Shown: positions 24,149 through 36,742 of the stretch, piece by piece
Position numbering within the stretch: the stretch's first letter is position 1
Layout: each line of letters opens with the position of its first letter
Source of the DNA: Heterodontus francisci
Lineage: Eukaryota
Direction of reading: 5' to 3'
NCBI RefSeq assembly: GCF_036365525.1
Contig: NW_027142279.1
Location: 372,001 to 436,000, forward strand
Length of the DNA stretch: 64,000 nucleotides
Program-made: the position numbers and the translations under genes
Notes under the pieces: generated by a model
Database searches by the model: none
What the model was told of the DNA's origin: nothing
The model's input: only the letters and a program-made list of their open reading frames with translations

Positions 24149-26655
24149 GAGAGAGACAGAGGGAGATGTAGAGAGACAGAGGGAGAGACACAGAGAGAGA
24201 GGCAGAGAGAGAGACAGACAGACAGAGAGGGAGCGATGGAGAGAGAAAGTAGACAGAGATGGAAAGTAGACAGAGATAGAGTGAAATAGTATTAGGCACA
24301 GAAAGAGAGACAGAGTGAGGTAATGAGACAGATGGAGAGACAGAGAGAAAGAGAGAGACAGAGAGAAAGAGAGGCAGACAGAGACAGTGAGAGGCTGATA
24401 GCCAGAGTGAGAAAAAAGAAGAACGTCAGAGACAGGCAAAGAAAGAGGAGGAAAAGGAGGGAAAGAGTAAAGGGCGGAAGGAAAACAGAGAACAAGACAA
24501 AGAGGCAGAGAGCAAGAGGGACAGAGCGAGAGTGAACGGAAGAGAGAGAGAGAGACAAACAGAGAGACAGAGGGAGCGAGAGACAGAGAAGAGACAGTAG
24601 ACAGAGACCGAGTGAAATAGTGTTAGGCACAGAAAGAGAGACAGATGAGGTAGTGAGACAAATGGAGAGATAGAGACAAAGAGAGAAACAGAGAGAGAGG
24701 CAGACAGAGACAGTGAGAGAGTGAGAGGCAGAGAGAAGTTAGAATGTCAGTGAAAGGCAAAGATAGAGAGAGAGAAAGGAGAGAAAGAGTAAAGGAAGGA
24801 AGGGAAAGCGAGAACAAGACAAAGAGACAGAGAGAGACAGGGGCGAAGAGAGAGAAAAGAAAGAGAGAGGGGGGCAGACAGAGAGACAGAGGGAGGGAGA
24901 GACAGAGAGAGAGGTAGAGAGAGAGAGAGAGAGAGAGATACAGATAGACAGAGAGAGACAGTAGACAGAGATAGAGTGAGATTGTGTCAGGCACAGAAAG
25001 GGAAACAGTTGAGGTAGTGCGACAGATGGAGAGACAGAGAGAAAGAAAGAAACAGAGAGCGAGGCAGACAGAGACAGTGAAAGAGTGAGAGGCAGAGAGG
25101 AGAAGGAAGAACGTCAGAGACAGGCAGAGATAGAGAGAGAGAAAGGGAGAGAAAGAGTAAAGGGAAGGAGGAAAACAACAAGACAGAGAGTCAGAAAGAG
25201 AGATGGGGCAGAGAGAGAGAGAGTGGCAAAGAGTGAGAGGCAGACAGAGAGCGAGCGAGAGAGAGAGACAGAGAGAAAGAGATAGAGAGAGGCAGAGAGA
25301 GAGTGANNNNNNNNNNNNNNNNNNNNNNNNNNNNNNNNNNNNNNNNNNNNNNNNNNNNNNNNNNNNNNNNNNNNNNNNNNNNNNNNNNNNNNNNNNNNNN
25401 NNNNNNNNNNNNNNNNNNNNNNNNNNNNNNNNNNNNNNNNNNNNNNNNNNNNNNNNNNNNCGGAGAGAGAGAGGCAGGGAGAGGGGCAGACAGAGACAGT
25501 GAGAGTCAAAGAGGAAGAGAGGGGGAAAAAGAACGTCAGAGACAGGCAAAGATAGACAGAGAGAAAGGGAGAGAAAGAGTAAAGGGAGGAAGGATACAGA
25601 GAACAAGACAAAGAGGCAGAGAGAGTCAGCGAGAGAGACCGAGAGAGACAGCAGACAGTGATCGAGTGAAATAGCGTGAGGCCGAGAAAGAGAGACGGAG
25701 TGAGGTAGTGAGACAGATGGAGAGATAGAGCGAAAGAGAGAGACAGAGAGAGAGGCAGACAGAGACAGTGAGAGAGTGAGAGGCAGAGAGAAGAAAGAAG
25801 AACGTCAGAGACAGGCAAAGATAGAGAGAGAGAGAAAGGGAGAGAAAGAGTAAAGGTAAACAGAGAACNNNNNNNNNNNNNNNNNNNNNNNNNNNNNNNN
25901 NNNNNNNNNNNNNNNNNNNNNNNNNNNNNNNNNNNNNNNNNNNNNNNNNNNNNNNNNNNNNNNNNNNNNNNNNNNNNNNNNNNNNNNNNNNNNNNNNNNN
26001 CAGAGATATAGTGTGATAGTTTTAGACACAGAAAGAGAGATAGAGTGAAATAGCGAGACAGAGATGGAGAGAATGGGAGAGACAGAAAGAGACAAAGAGA
26101 GGCAGAGAACGAGATACAGTGAGAGATGTGATGCTGAGAGAGAAAAGGAAGAACATCAGAGACAGGCAAAGATAGAGAGAGAGAAGCAAAACAGAGATCA
26201 AGACAAAGNNNNNNNNNNNNNNNNNNNNNNNNNNNNNNNNNNNNNNNNNNNNNNNNNNNNNNNNNNNNNNNNNNNNNNNNNNNNNNNNNNNNNNNNNNNN
26301 NNNNNNNNNNNNNNNNNNNNNNNNNNNNNNNNNNNNNNNNNNNNNNNNNNNNNNNNNNNNNNNNNNNNNNNNNNNNNNNNNNNNNNNNNNNAGGGTTTCA
26401 GAGGGACGGGGAGAGATAGAGAGTGAGAGAAAGACAGACAGAGACAGGAATGGAGTCACAGAGAGAGAAAGACTTGTCAAGAGACTTATACAGGGAGAAG
26501 AAGATTACAATATGGAGGAGAGAAAGTGTTTATGGAAACAGGAGACCTCCAATGGGATAATAACTCGGAAAAGGGAAGGACACGTGATTAAAAGGGAAAT
26601 TTGAAGTGAGAGATAAAGGGACAGAAAATGAGAGAGAGAGAGAGGGGGGGGGAGA
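23690..26655 (+). repeat. Polypurine (AG/ACAG) low-complexity tract with higher-order repeats and N-runs
   Basis: Recurrent blocks such as GAACGTCAGAGACAGGCAAAGATAG; paralogous tract at 61690-64000. Confidence 0.9.
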
Positions 26656-26657
26656 GG

Positions 26658-26738
26658 TTTTATTGAACTGCTTTGTAACATCGTGGGAGGTCAGTATAGC
26701 ACCGTGTTACATTCCTGTGCTCACCCCGTGCAGGAACT
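26658..26738 (+). other. TRBD: Candidate TRBD segment GGAGGTCAGTATAG (26686-26699) with 5' 12-RSS and 3' 23-RSS
   Basis: 5' side: TTTTATTGA (26658-26666), 12 nt, CATCGTG (26679-26685). 3' side: CACCGTG (26700-26706), 23 nt, GCAGGAACT (26730-26738). Lies about 270 nt upstream of the J. Confidence 0.75.
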
Positions 26739-26939
26739 CCACCGTCTGCTTGCCCTTCTCACAGTCTACCCGACTGCCTGCCCCAGTGCCCAGGATCTCC
26801 CCACCCCTGCAGCATGCGCCTGCACTGTCAGGACAGGCAGGAGCAGACTGAATCCTGAGTTGACCATCTCATGGGGCACATGCCCCCTGAAGAGACAGCA
26901 AACTGCCCAGGCAAGGCGAGAGGCTTGCTGGGGGAGGGG

Positions 26940-27016
26940 GGTTTCAATGGTGGGTTCACTCTCTGTGGTGAACGATCCATCTACCGTCGGAGGTAGGACC
27001 CGACTCGCCGTTCTGG
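26940..27016 (+). pseudogene. TRBJ: TRBJ-like segment (coding 26968-27016) with 12-RSS; FGxG degenerated to VGGR
   Basis: GGTTTCAAT (26940-26948), 12 nt, CTCTGTG (26961-26967). Reads VNDPSTVGGRTRLAVL followed by phase-1 donor G|GTACGT. Confidence 0.8.
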
Positions 27017-27534
27017 GTACGTAATGCTCGAGTCCCGGTGCTGGAGGTTGAGTTGGGGAGCAAAAGGAGCCGGTACACACCATAATATCTCTGAGTTTAC
27101 CGTGTCTGAGCAGATGGAATCTTATTATTGTGTTGGAAGAGGCCATTTGATCATTGTGTCCCTTTGGTGCAGAGAGGGGGAAATAAACAGAAAGGGAAAG
27201 CAACAGAAACAGGGAAATAAGCAGAGAAAAATGTGAGATAGAAAAAATGGCGAGAAAAAATGGAAGCAGAGAGAGAAAGATGCAGAAAGAGAGGGAAAGA
27301 AACAGAGAGAGAGGGAAAGAAACACCGAGAGAGTGATGATAGAGATAGATGGAAAGAAACAGAGAGAAAGAGAGAGGGAAGAGAGAGAGAGAAAGAAACG
27401 GAGAGAAAAAATAAAAAGAAACAGAGAGAGAGAGAGAGAGAGAGACTGCAGGCAGTAGAGAGGCAGACAGAAAGCCAGTGAGAGAAACACAGGGAGAGAA
27501 TCACAAATTGAGAGAGAAACACTCCGAGGGGGAA

Positions 27535-28090
27535 TGAGAGACAGAGAGAGAGATAGTTTCAGAGAGAGAGAGAGAGTGATTTAGAGAGAGAGGGAGAGAT
27601 TCAGAGAGAGTGGCAGAGAGAGAGAGAGAGAGTGGGAGCGATTCAGAGGGAGGGGGTGTGTTTCAGAGAGAGAGAGAGATTTAGAGACAGAGAGAGAGCA
27701 ATTCAGAGAGAGAGAGGCAGAGGGAGAGAGAGTGGGGGCGATTCAGAGCGGGGGTGTGTGTTTCAGAGAGAGAGAGAGAGAGATTTAGAGAGAGAGAGAG
27801 CAATTCAGAGAGAGAGGGAGAGATTCAGGGAGAGAGGGAGAGAACCCAAGAGAGAGAGGGGGAGAGATTCAGAGAGAGAGGGAGAGATTCAGGGAGAGAG
27901 GGAGAGAACCCAAGAGAGAGAGGGGTAGAGATTCAGAGAGAGAGAGTGGGAGCGATTCAGAGAGAGAGGGAGAGATTCAGGGAGAGAGGGAGAGAATCAG
28001 AGAGGGAGAGATTTACTGAGATTGAGAGAGGAAAGGAGAGAGAGATTCAGGTAGAGGGAGAGAGAGAGAGAGATTCGGGCAGAGAGAGCA
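27535..28090 (+). repeat. AG-rich repeat punctuated by GATTCAG, in the J-C intron
   Basis: Recurrent GAGAGAGATTCAGAGAG. Confidence 0.85.
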
Positions 28091-28729
28091 GTACAGTTCT
28101 GGACCATTGACCATGGTGCCAGGGTTGGCTCCTTTCTACAGCTGTCTGATTGATCCCAGTTCCTTCCCACCCTATCGCTATCGACCTGTAATTCCTTCCC
28201 TTCAGCTGTTGACCCAATTCTCTTTGTAATACTATGAGTGAATCCCACCGCCCTTTCAGGCAATGCATTCCACATCACAACAGCTCACTGCTTTGTGTCA
28301 CGGGAAACAGTTTCGCCTCATTTACTCTGTCAAAACCATGACCGATTGCAAACGTCTCTGCTAAATCTCCCCTGAACTTTCTCTTCAGGAGAACAATCCC
28401 AGCTCCTCCAGTCTCTCCACATTAACTGAAGTCTCATCCTTTGTGTCATCTTGTGTGAACTCACTTTATTTCTCTTTCGTTAAAGCTTTCCGCCACTAAG
28501 TTCCTCATCCTCTTTATTTCTTATCCTTTACTCTCTCTCTACATACCCTCTTCATTTTCCCTGTTGTTTGTCTCTGCTTGCCCCCTCTCTACTTGTTACC
28601 TTGTTTCTGTTCGATCATCGACCTCTCCCTCGCTTTCCTACAAGCTCCGGTTCTAAGTCTGCTTTTCTCTCAGTCCTGGAGGTAGTGTTGCCCTGGATGA
28701 TAGACGTGCAGCTCTGGACTGGGACTCGG

Positions 28730-30062
28730 GCAACCTCCTCCAGCCCCTACAACCCTCCCTATCTCTGTAACATCCTCCAGCCCCTACAGCCCTGCCTAAC
28801 ACTGTGACCTCCGACAGCTCATATACCCCTCCCTATTTCTGTAACATCCTCCAGCCACTGCACCCTCCCTATCTCTGTAACATCCATCAGCACCCCACAT
28901 CCATCCCTGTCTCTGCAACATCCTCCAGCCCCTACACCCTCCCTATCTCTGTAACATCCTTCAACCCCTACACCACTCCCTATCTCTGTAACCTCCTTCA
29001 GCTCCTATACCCCTCCCCATCTCTGTAACATCATCCAGTCCCTACAGCCCTCCCTATCTCTGTAACATCCTCCAGACCCGATAGCCCTCCCTATCTCAGT
29101 TACCTCCTCCAGCTCCTACACCCCTCTCTATCTCTGTAACATCCTCCAGCCACTACCGCCCTCCCTATCTCTGTAACATACTCGAGACCCTATAGCCCTC
29201 CATATCTCTGTTACCTCCTTCAGCACACACAACCATCCCTATCTTTGTAAACCCTTCCAGCCCCCTACACCCCTCCCTATCTCTGTAACATCCTCCAGCC
29301 CCCCACACCGCTACCTATGTCTGTAACTTCCTCCAGCCCCCGACACCCCTTCCTATCTCTGTAACATTCTCCAGGCCCTACACCCCTCCCTAGCTCTGTA
29401 ACCTCCTTCAGCCCCTACACCCCTCCCTATCTCTGTAACATCCTCCAGCACCTACAGGCCTCCCTATCTCTGTAACCTCCTTCAGCTCCTACAGCGCTCC
29501 TGATGTCTGTAACATTGTTCGGCACCCACAGCCCTGCCTATCTCTGTAACATCCTCCAGCACCTACAGCCCTCCCTATCTCTGTTACCTCCTCCAGCCCC
29601 TACACCCCTCCCTATCTCTGTAACCTGCTTCAGCCCCTACATCCCTCCCTATCTCTGTTACCTCCTCCAGACCCTACACCCCTCCCTATCTCTGTAACCT
29701 CCTCCAGCCCCCTACAACCCTGCCGAACTCTATAACCTCCTCCAGCCACTACCATCCTTTCTATCTCTGTCACCTCCTCCAGCCCCCTACACCCTCCCTA
29801 TCTCTGTAACCTCCTTCAGCCTCTACAACCCTCCCTATCTCTGTAACCTCATGCAGCCCCCACACCCCTCCCTATCTCTGTAACCTCCTCCAGCACCCTA
29901 CACCCCTCCCAACTCTGTGATCTCCTACAGCCGCCTACACGCCTCCCTATATCTGAAACCCCTCCAGCCCCTCCAACCCTCTTTATCTCTGTAACCTCCT
30001 CCAGCCCCAACAACCCTCCCTATCTCTGTAACGTCCTCCAGCCCCCTGCTCCCTATCTCTGT
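28730..30062 (+). repeat. About 37-bp C-rich minisatellite in the J-C intron
   Basis: Unit ATCTCTGTAACCTCCTCCAGCCCCTACACCCCTCCCT over about 1.3 kb. Confidence 0.92.
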
Positions 30063-30302
30063 TCTGTTATCACATCCTTTATAATAGTCTCTATCATTTT
30101 CCCCACTACTGATGTAAGGCTAACTGGTCTGTAATTCTCTGTTTTTTCCCTCCCTCCTTTCTTTTATAGAGTCTACAACAAACTGTTGATGTTGTGGTGA
30201 AGGAGAATGAACGCTGGGGTAAGCACACTCCCCCCCCCACCCCCACTCGCCACCCCCCCTTCCATCCCCATCGTTCCTAACACTCATGTTTCGCTCTCCC
30301 AG

Positions 30303-30641
30303 AGAGGCGGACCAAGAGGTTAAGCATCCCACCATGACCGTTTTTGAGCCATCGGACGAAGAAATCAGGGCCCTAAGAAAGCCACCTTTGTCTGCCTGAC
30401 CAGTGGCTTCTTCCCGGACTACGTGAAGTTCTCCTGGACAGGGGGGCAACGAGGAGATCGAGACGAAGGATGTGCTGACTGACAGGCGGGTAAAGGATGA
30501 TGCTGGCCGCTACAGCGTGGACCAGTAGGTTGTAGGTTCCCATGGCCGAATGGGCCCGCAAGCAGTATTCCTGCAAAGTGACCCATTACAGTAAAGACGG
30601 CGCGGAGATTTCTCAAGATGCCAAGATCAGCAGCAAGGCAG
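30303..30641 (+). pseudogene. TRBC: TRBC-like exon 1 (C1-set Ig domain), frameshifted
   Basis: Pieced translation EADQEVKHPTMTVFEPSDEEIRA/KATFVCLTSGFFPDYVKFSWTG/NEEIETKDVLTDRRVKDDAGRYSV/TSRL*VPMAEWARKQYSCKVTHYSK..SSKA|GTGAGT matches the TRBC motifs VFEPSxxEI, KATLVCLxxGFFPD and SRL. Frameshifts near 30375, 30441-30446 and 30520; TAG at 30533. Confidence 0.9.
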
Positions 30642-30994
30642 GTGAGTGTCTGCAATGCCTGGAATCACCTCTGCTTCTCCCGAGCCCAAAGCAAGGAAGC
30701 TATACTGAACCTTTATCAATACAATGTTACAGCCGAGAGGGAGGATGTGAAGGTGTTAGAGAGGGTGCACAAAATATTCACGACAAAGGTTCCAGGGATG
30801 AAGGAATTCAGTTAGGTGGATAGCTTGGGAAAGTCTACATCATAGGTGAGACTTAAGAACACTGGAAGAGGCCGAGGCGATTCAGCCGTTGAAGCTTGTT
30901 CCACTATTCTGTTGCATAAAGATTAATCGCGACAATTACTCTATTTGACGCCGCGGCTCAGTAACCATCAATAACCTGATGTTCACCCAAATGG

Positions 30995-31066
30995 TTCACC
31001 ACTCAGAGACAGAGAGTGAGGGAAAAAGATAGAGAGAAAGACAGAGAGAGAGTGAGAGAGAGAGAC

Positions 31067-31097
<31 letters not shown>

Positions 31098-32890
31098 AGG
31101 AGAGAGAGAGAGAAATAGAGAAAGAGACACACAGAAAGAGAAAGGGAGAGAGACAGACAGGGAGATAGAGACAGAGAGTGACACAGAGACAGACAGACAG
31201 TGNNNNNNNNNNNNNNNNNNNNNNNNNNNNNNNNNNNNNNNNNNNNNNNNNNNNNNNNNNNNNNNNNNNNNNNNNNNNNNNNNNNNNNNNNNNNNNNNNN
31301 NNNNNNNNNNNNNNNNNNNNNNNNNNNNNNNNNNNAAAGAGAACGNNNNNNNNNNNNNNNNNNNNNNNNNNNNNNNNNNNNNNNNNNNNNNNNNNNNNNN
31401 NNNNNNNNNNNNNNNNNNNNNNNNNNNNNNNNNNNNNNNNNNNNNNNNNNNNNNNNNNNNNNNNNNNNNNNNNNNNNNNNNNNNNNNNNNNNNNNNNNNN
31501 NNNNNNNNNNNNNNNNNNNNNNNNNNNNNNNNNNNNNNNNNNNNNNNNNNNNNNNNNNNNNNNNNNNNNNNNNNNNNNNNNNNNNNNNNNNNNNCAGAGA
31601 GAGCGACGGAGATCGAGCGTGACACACAGAGAGACATGGAGACAAAAACAGAGAGAAAAGGAGAACGAGAGAGAAAGAGTCAGACAGACAGAGAAAGACA
31701 GACAGAGACAGTGAGAGATACACAGACAGAGAGAAAGAGAGAAAGACAGAGACAGAGGGAGGCAGAGAGACACAAAGAGAGAGAGAGAGGGAAACTGGGA
31801 GAAGACAGAGATTGAGAGAGACAGACAGAGAGTGACAGGGACAGAGAAACAGAAACAGNNNNNNNNNNNNNNNNNNNNNNNNNNNNNNNNNNNNNNNNNN
31901 NNNNNNNNNNNNNNNNNNNNNNNNNNNNNNNNNNNNNNNNNNNNNNNNNNNNNNNNNNNNNNNNNNNNNNNNNNNNNNNNNNNNNNNNNNNNNNNNNNNN
32001 NNNNNNNNNNNNNNNNNNNNNNNNNNNNNNNNNNNNNNNNNGAGAGACAGAGAGACAAGGAGAGAAGGAGAGCCATAGCCAGAGAGAGAGACAGAGACAG
32101 GAAGAGAAAGAGAGGCAGAGAGACAACGGGAAAGACAGAGACAGTGAGTGAGAGAGAGAGGCAGAGAAAGACAGAAACAGAGAGACAGAAAAAGGGACAG
32201 AGACAAAGACAGAGAGAAATGGAGCGAAAGAGAGAGACAGAGACAGAGAGAGAGACACGTACAGAGAGAGACACATGGTCAAAGAGAGAGAGACTGAGAG
32301 AGAGACACAGAAAGAGAGAGAGAGAGAGAGAGGAAAGGAAAGAGAGAGACATAGAGAGAGAAAGGCNNNNNNNNNNNNNNNNNNNNNNNNNNNNNNNNNN
32401 NNNNNNNNNNNNNNNNNNNNNNNNNNNNNNNNNNNNNNNNNNNNNNNNNNNNNNNNNNNNNNNNNNNNNNNNNNNNNNNNNNNNNNNNNNNNNNNNNNNN
32501 NNNNNNNNNNNNNNNNNNNNNNNNNNNNNNNNNNNNNNNNNNNNNNNNNNNNNNNNNNNNNNNNNNNNNNNNNNNNNNNNNNNNNNNNNNNNNNNNNNNN
32601 NNNNNNNNNNNNNNNNNNNNNNNNNNNNNNNNNNNNNNNNNNNNNNNNNNNNNNNNNNNNNNNNNNNNNNNGAGAGTGACGGAGATAGAGTGTGACACGC
32701 AGAGAGACATGGAAACAAATACAGAGAGAAAAGGAGAACGAGAGAGAGAGACACAGACAGACAGAGAAAGACAGACAGAGAAAGACAGACAGAGAAAGTG
32801 AGAGATACACACACAGAGAGAAAGAGAGAAAGACAGAGACAGAGGGAGGCAGAGAGACACGCAGAGAGAGAGAAAGAGAGACAGAGAGAC
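30995..32890 (+). repeat. AG-rich low-complexity tract with N-runs (C intron 1)
   Basis: Direct inspection. Confidence 0.9.
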
Positions 32891-34020
32891 GTTTGATAAG
32901 GTTCCCCACGGTAGGCTATTGCAGAAAATACGGAAGTATGGGGTTGAAGGTGATTTAGAGCTTTGGATCAGAAATTGGCTAGCTGAAAGAAGACAGAGGG
33001 TGGTGGTTGATGGCAAATGTTCATCCTGGAGTTTAGTTACTAGTGGTGTACCGCAAGGTTCTGTTTTGGGGCCACTGCTGTTTGTCATTTTTATAAACGA
33101 CCTGGATGAGGGTGTAGAAGGGTGGGTTAGTAAATTTGCGGATGACACGAAGGTCGGTGGAGTTGTGGATAGTGTCGAAGGGTGTTGTAGGGTACAGAGG
33201 GACATAGATAGGCTGCAGAGCTGGGCTGAGAGATGGCAAATGGAGTTTAATGCGGAGAAGTGTGAGGTGATTCACTTTGGAAGGAGTAACAGCAATGCAG
33301 AGTACTGGGCTAATGGGAAGATTCTTGGTAGTGTAGATGAGCAGAGAGATCTTGGTATCCAGGTACATAAATCCCTGAAAGTTGCTACCCAGGTTAATAG
33401 GGCTGTTAAGAAGGCATATGGTGTGTTAGCCTTTATTAGTAGGGGGATCGAGTTTCGGAGCCACGGGGTCATGATGCAGCTGTACAAAACTCTGGTGAGG
33501 CCGCACCTGGAGTATTGCGTGCAGTTCTGGTCACCGCATTATAGGAAGGATGTCGAAGCTTTGGAAAGGGTGCAGAGGAGATTTACTAGGATGTTGCCTG
33601 GTATGGAAGGAAGGTCTTACGAGGAAAGGCTGAGGGACTTGGGTTGTTTTCGTTAGAGAGAAGGAGGAGGAGAGATGACTTAATAGAGACATACAAGATA
33701 ATCAGAGGGTTAGATAGGGTGGATAGTGAGAGTCTTTTTCCTCGGATGAGGATGGCAAACACGAGGGGACATAGCTTTAAGTTGAGGGGTGAAAGATATA
33801 GGACAGATGACAGAGGTAGTTTCTTTACGCAGAGAGTAGTAGGGGCGTGGAACGCCCTGCCTGCAACAGTAGTAGACTCGCCAACTTTAAGGGCATTTAA
33901 GTGGTCATTGGATAGACATATGGATGTAAATGGAATAGTGTAGGTCAGATGATCGGCGCAACATCGAGGGCCGAAGGGCCTGTACTGCGCTGTAATATTC
34001 TAATTCTAAAAAAAAAAAGA
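32890..34020 (+). mobile_element. 5'-truncated, little-decayed CR1-clade LINE in C intron 1
   Basis: 245-aa RT ORF (GVPQGSVLGPLLF, KFADDTKV) continued after one frameshift; 3' tail GGGCCGAAGGGCCTGT..(ATTCTA)2 and an A-run. Confidence 0.93.
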
Positions 34021-34197
34021 GAGAGAGACAGAGAGAGAGAGACAGGGAGAGAAAGAGAGACAGAGACAGAAACCTGGATGCAATGCACCAATCTCTGTGC
34101 AGAGAATTTTCCCCCGATTTATGTTCTTGCTGTGATATGAAAACTGTGATTTATGCACAAATAATTGAAGTTTTTTCCTCTTTTTGATTTCTTGCAG

Positions 34198-34215
34198 GCC
34201 TCTGTGAAGGGAATG
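34198..34215 (+). pseudogene. TRBC: TRBC-like exon 2 (18-nt hinge exon with interchain Cys)
   Basis: TTCTTGCAG|GCCTCTGTGAAGGGAATG|GTGAGA reads (G)LCEGN in phase 1/1, the same size as mammalian TRBC exon 2. Confidence 0.78.
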
Positions 34216-34380
34216 GTGAGAACGTTCAATATTTTATCAGTTTGCTATAATCTGTCTTTGTCTCTCTCTCTCTCACACTCTCGCTCTCTCATGCACATAC
34301 ACACACACTTATGGAATGTACATAATGATTAAGTTGGATTTTAGGGCCAGTGACTATGGTCTTTCTTGTCTGTCTTTCAG

Positions 34381-34490
34381 TGGAGCGGATACAGAGGCAA
34401 CAGATTGTGGCAAGAGCTACTTACACTTTACTCATCTCCAAGAGCTTCCTGTATATGGCAAAGATCACCATCGTGCTGCTCAAGGGGAAG
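34381..34490 (+). pseudogene. TRBC: TRBC-like exon 3 (connecting peptide and transmembrane)
   Basis: CTTTCAG|..(V)ERIQRQQIVARATYTLLISKSFLYMAKITIVLLKGK|GTATGA carries the YxxLxxKxxLY beta-type transmembrane motif. Confidence 0.85.
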
Positions 34491-34597
34491 GTATGAGAAT
34501 TACGAGGACATTTTGCTGACGTGTAAAACGGACCCCCTTCTCTATTCTGTAAACTTCAATCCTCTCCAGGTTTTCAGGCATCAGTGATGCACATTCC

Positions 34598-34862
34598 CCG
34601 CACTGCCTGTGCGGAGTTTGCAAGTTCTCCCTGTGTCTGCGTGGGTTTTCGCCGGGTGCTCCGGTTTCCTCCCACATCCAAAGACTTGCAGGTGATAGGT
34701 AAAATGGCCGTTGTAAATTGCTCCTCATGTAGGGAGGTGATCGGGAATATGGGATTACTGGAGGGTTATTATAAGTGGGTGGTTGTTGGTCGGCACAGAC
34801 CCGGTGGGCCGAAGGGACTGTTTTGGTGCTGTATCTCTAAATAAATAAAAAAATAAATAAAT
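34598..34862 (+). mobile_element. 5'-truncated V-SINE (HE1-like)
   Basis: V-domain and GGGCCGAAGGG tail ending in (TAAA)n. Confidence 0.85.
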
Positions 34863-35464
34863 AGGGTGAATCACTGAACCCAGTCCATGTCATTGTGCAT
34901 GTGATTCGACAGTGAAACCAGACTGTCTATTAGCACCACTGTGTCGACTGAAATCCATCTAGATCCTGCACCAAGGGGTCCTGAATCTCCCCCACCCTCT
35001 CACATGAGGACAGAGTGAGCGATAGAGAAGGAGAAAGAGAGAGACGTAACTAGAGAGTAATAGAGAGAATGTGAAGGTGGGGGGGGGGGGGAGGGACAGA
35101 GAGCGAGAAAGAAAAAAACAGAGAGAGAGAGACAGAAAGAGAGACAAAGAGATAGAGTGACAGAACCAGTGAGGGAAATGCTGAGAGAGTTGGAGAGAGT
35201 GAGAGAAAGGGATAGCTAGAGATAAATTGTGTTTGTGTGTGAGAGAGTGAGAGATAGAGAGAGAGAGAAATAGATAAATATAGAGAGTGACAGATATAGA
35301 GAGAGAGAGTCAGGGGAGATAAAATGAGAGAGAAGGGCATATCGACAGAAACAAAGTGAAATTGACATCCGAGGGATAAACAGAGAGTGAGAGAGTGTGT
35401 CTGTATTACATATATAAAGAGAGAAAGAGTTTGGGGTAATGAAAGAGAGACAGAGTGAGAAAGG

Positions 35465-36155
35465 AAGTGTCACTGAAAGTGGCAACGCAGGTGGAAAAGA
35501 TAGTCAAGAAGGCACACGACATGCTTGCCTTCATCGGTCGGGGCATAGAGCATAAAAATTGGCAAGTCATGCTGCTGCTGTACAGAACCTTAGTTAGGCC
35601 ACACTTAGATTATTGCTTGCAATTCTGGTCGCCACACTACCAGAAGGACGGGGAGGCTTTGGAGAGGGTACAGAGGAGGTTTACCAGGATGTTGCCTGAT
35701 CTGGAGGGCATTAGCTATGAGGAGAGGTTGGATAAACTCGGATTGTTTTCACTGGAACGACGGAGGTGGAGGGGCGACATGATAGAGGTTTACAAAGTTA
35801 TAAGTGGCATGGACAGAGTGGATCGTCAGAAGCTTTTTCCCAGGGTGGAAGAGTCAGTTACTAGGGGGACATAGGTTTAAGGTGAGAAGGCCAAAGTTTA
35901 GAGGGGATGTGCGAGGCAAGCTCTTTACACAGAGGGTGGTGAGTGCCTGGAACTTGATGCCAGGGGAGGTCGTGGAAGCAGGTACGATAGCGACGTTTAA
36001 GAGGCATCTTGACAAATATATGAATAGGAAGGGAATAGAGGGATACGGTCCCCGGAAGTGCAGAACGTTTTCATTTAGGCAGGCATCAAGATCGACGCAA
36101 GCTTAGAGGGCCGAATGGCCTGTTCCTGTGCTGTACTGTTCTTTGTTCCTTGTTC
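35465..36155 (+). mobile_element. CR1-clade LINE 3' fragment in C intron 3
   Basis: ORF LYRTLVRPHLDYCLQFWSP..ERVQRRFTRM and tail GGGCCGAATGGCCTGTTCC. Confidence 0.9.
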
Positions 36156-36742
36156 TTTGAAGATTGAGGCAGATAGAGAGAGGAAGAGAGAGAGAGAGAG
36201 GAGCGTTTAAGGGAGAGATAGACAGACACAGAGACACAGAGAGAGGGAGACAGGAAGAGACAGAGGGAGAACCTAAGAGAGAGAAATAGACAGAGAGAAC
36301 ATACGGGAGAGACAGTGAGAGTGGGAGGGACAGAAGGCGAGAGAGAGAGAGGAGAGTGCAAGGGAGAGACAGAGTGAGACAGAGACACAGGCAGAGAGAG
36401 AAACACATAGACAAAAAGAGAGAAAAAGAGAGACAGAGAGAGAAAGAGAGAGAGAGAGAAGCATGTATGGGAGAGAGAGAGAAAGCCCTACTCCCCTACC
36501 CTTTCCTCATCACCTTGCAAAATTTACCCTTTCAAGTCTTAATCCAATTGTCCGCTTTTTCAGGCACTGCTTTCCAGATGACAACAACGCTCTGAGTTTC
36601 GAAAAGAACTCACCCTTCCCTCTGGTTCTTGTTAAATGCCATGAAATGTGTTTCCACTGACTCGAGATCCTTCCCAGGGCATTGTAGAAGAAATATTCCA
36701 TGACTGACTCAATCTTTTTCCTTCCTTTTTATCGCCTTCCAG

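Noticed and set aside
23594-26480. Long Leu/Ser- or Arg/Glu-rich ORFs here and at 30983-33205 and 61593-63963
   Set aside because: These are translations of AG/CT microsatellite and N-runs.
27024-27236. ORF containing ESYYCVG, resembling a V end
   Set aside because: There is no first Cys/Trp framework at V spacing and no RSS follows, so it is treated as chance.
30303-34490. Ig light chain, IgNAR or NAR-TCR/TCR-delta identity
   Set aside because: The VFEPS/KATxVC/GFFPD motifs, the 18-nt Cys hinge exon, the single-Lys-motif transmembrane exon and the V23-12D23-12J layout fit TCR beta. No leaderless supporting V or Ig-like V-D-J unit was seen.
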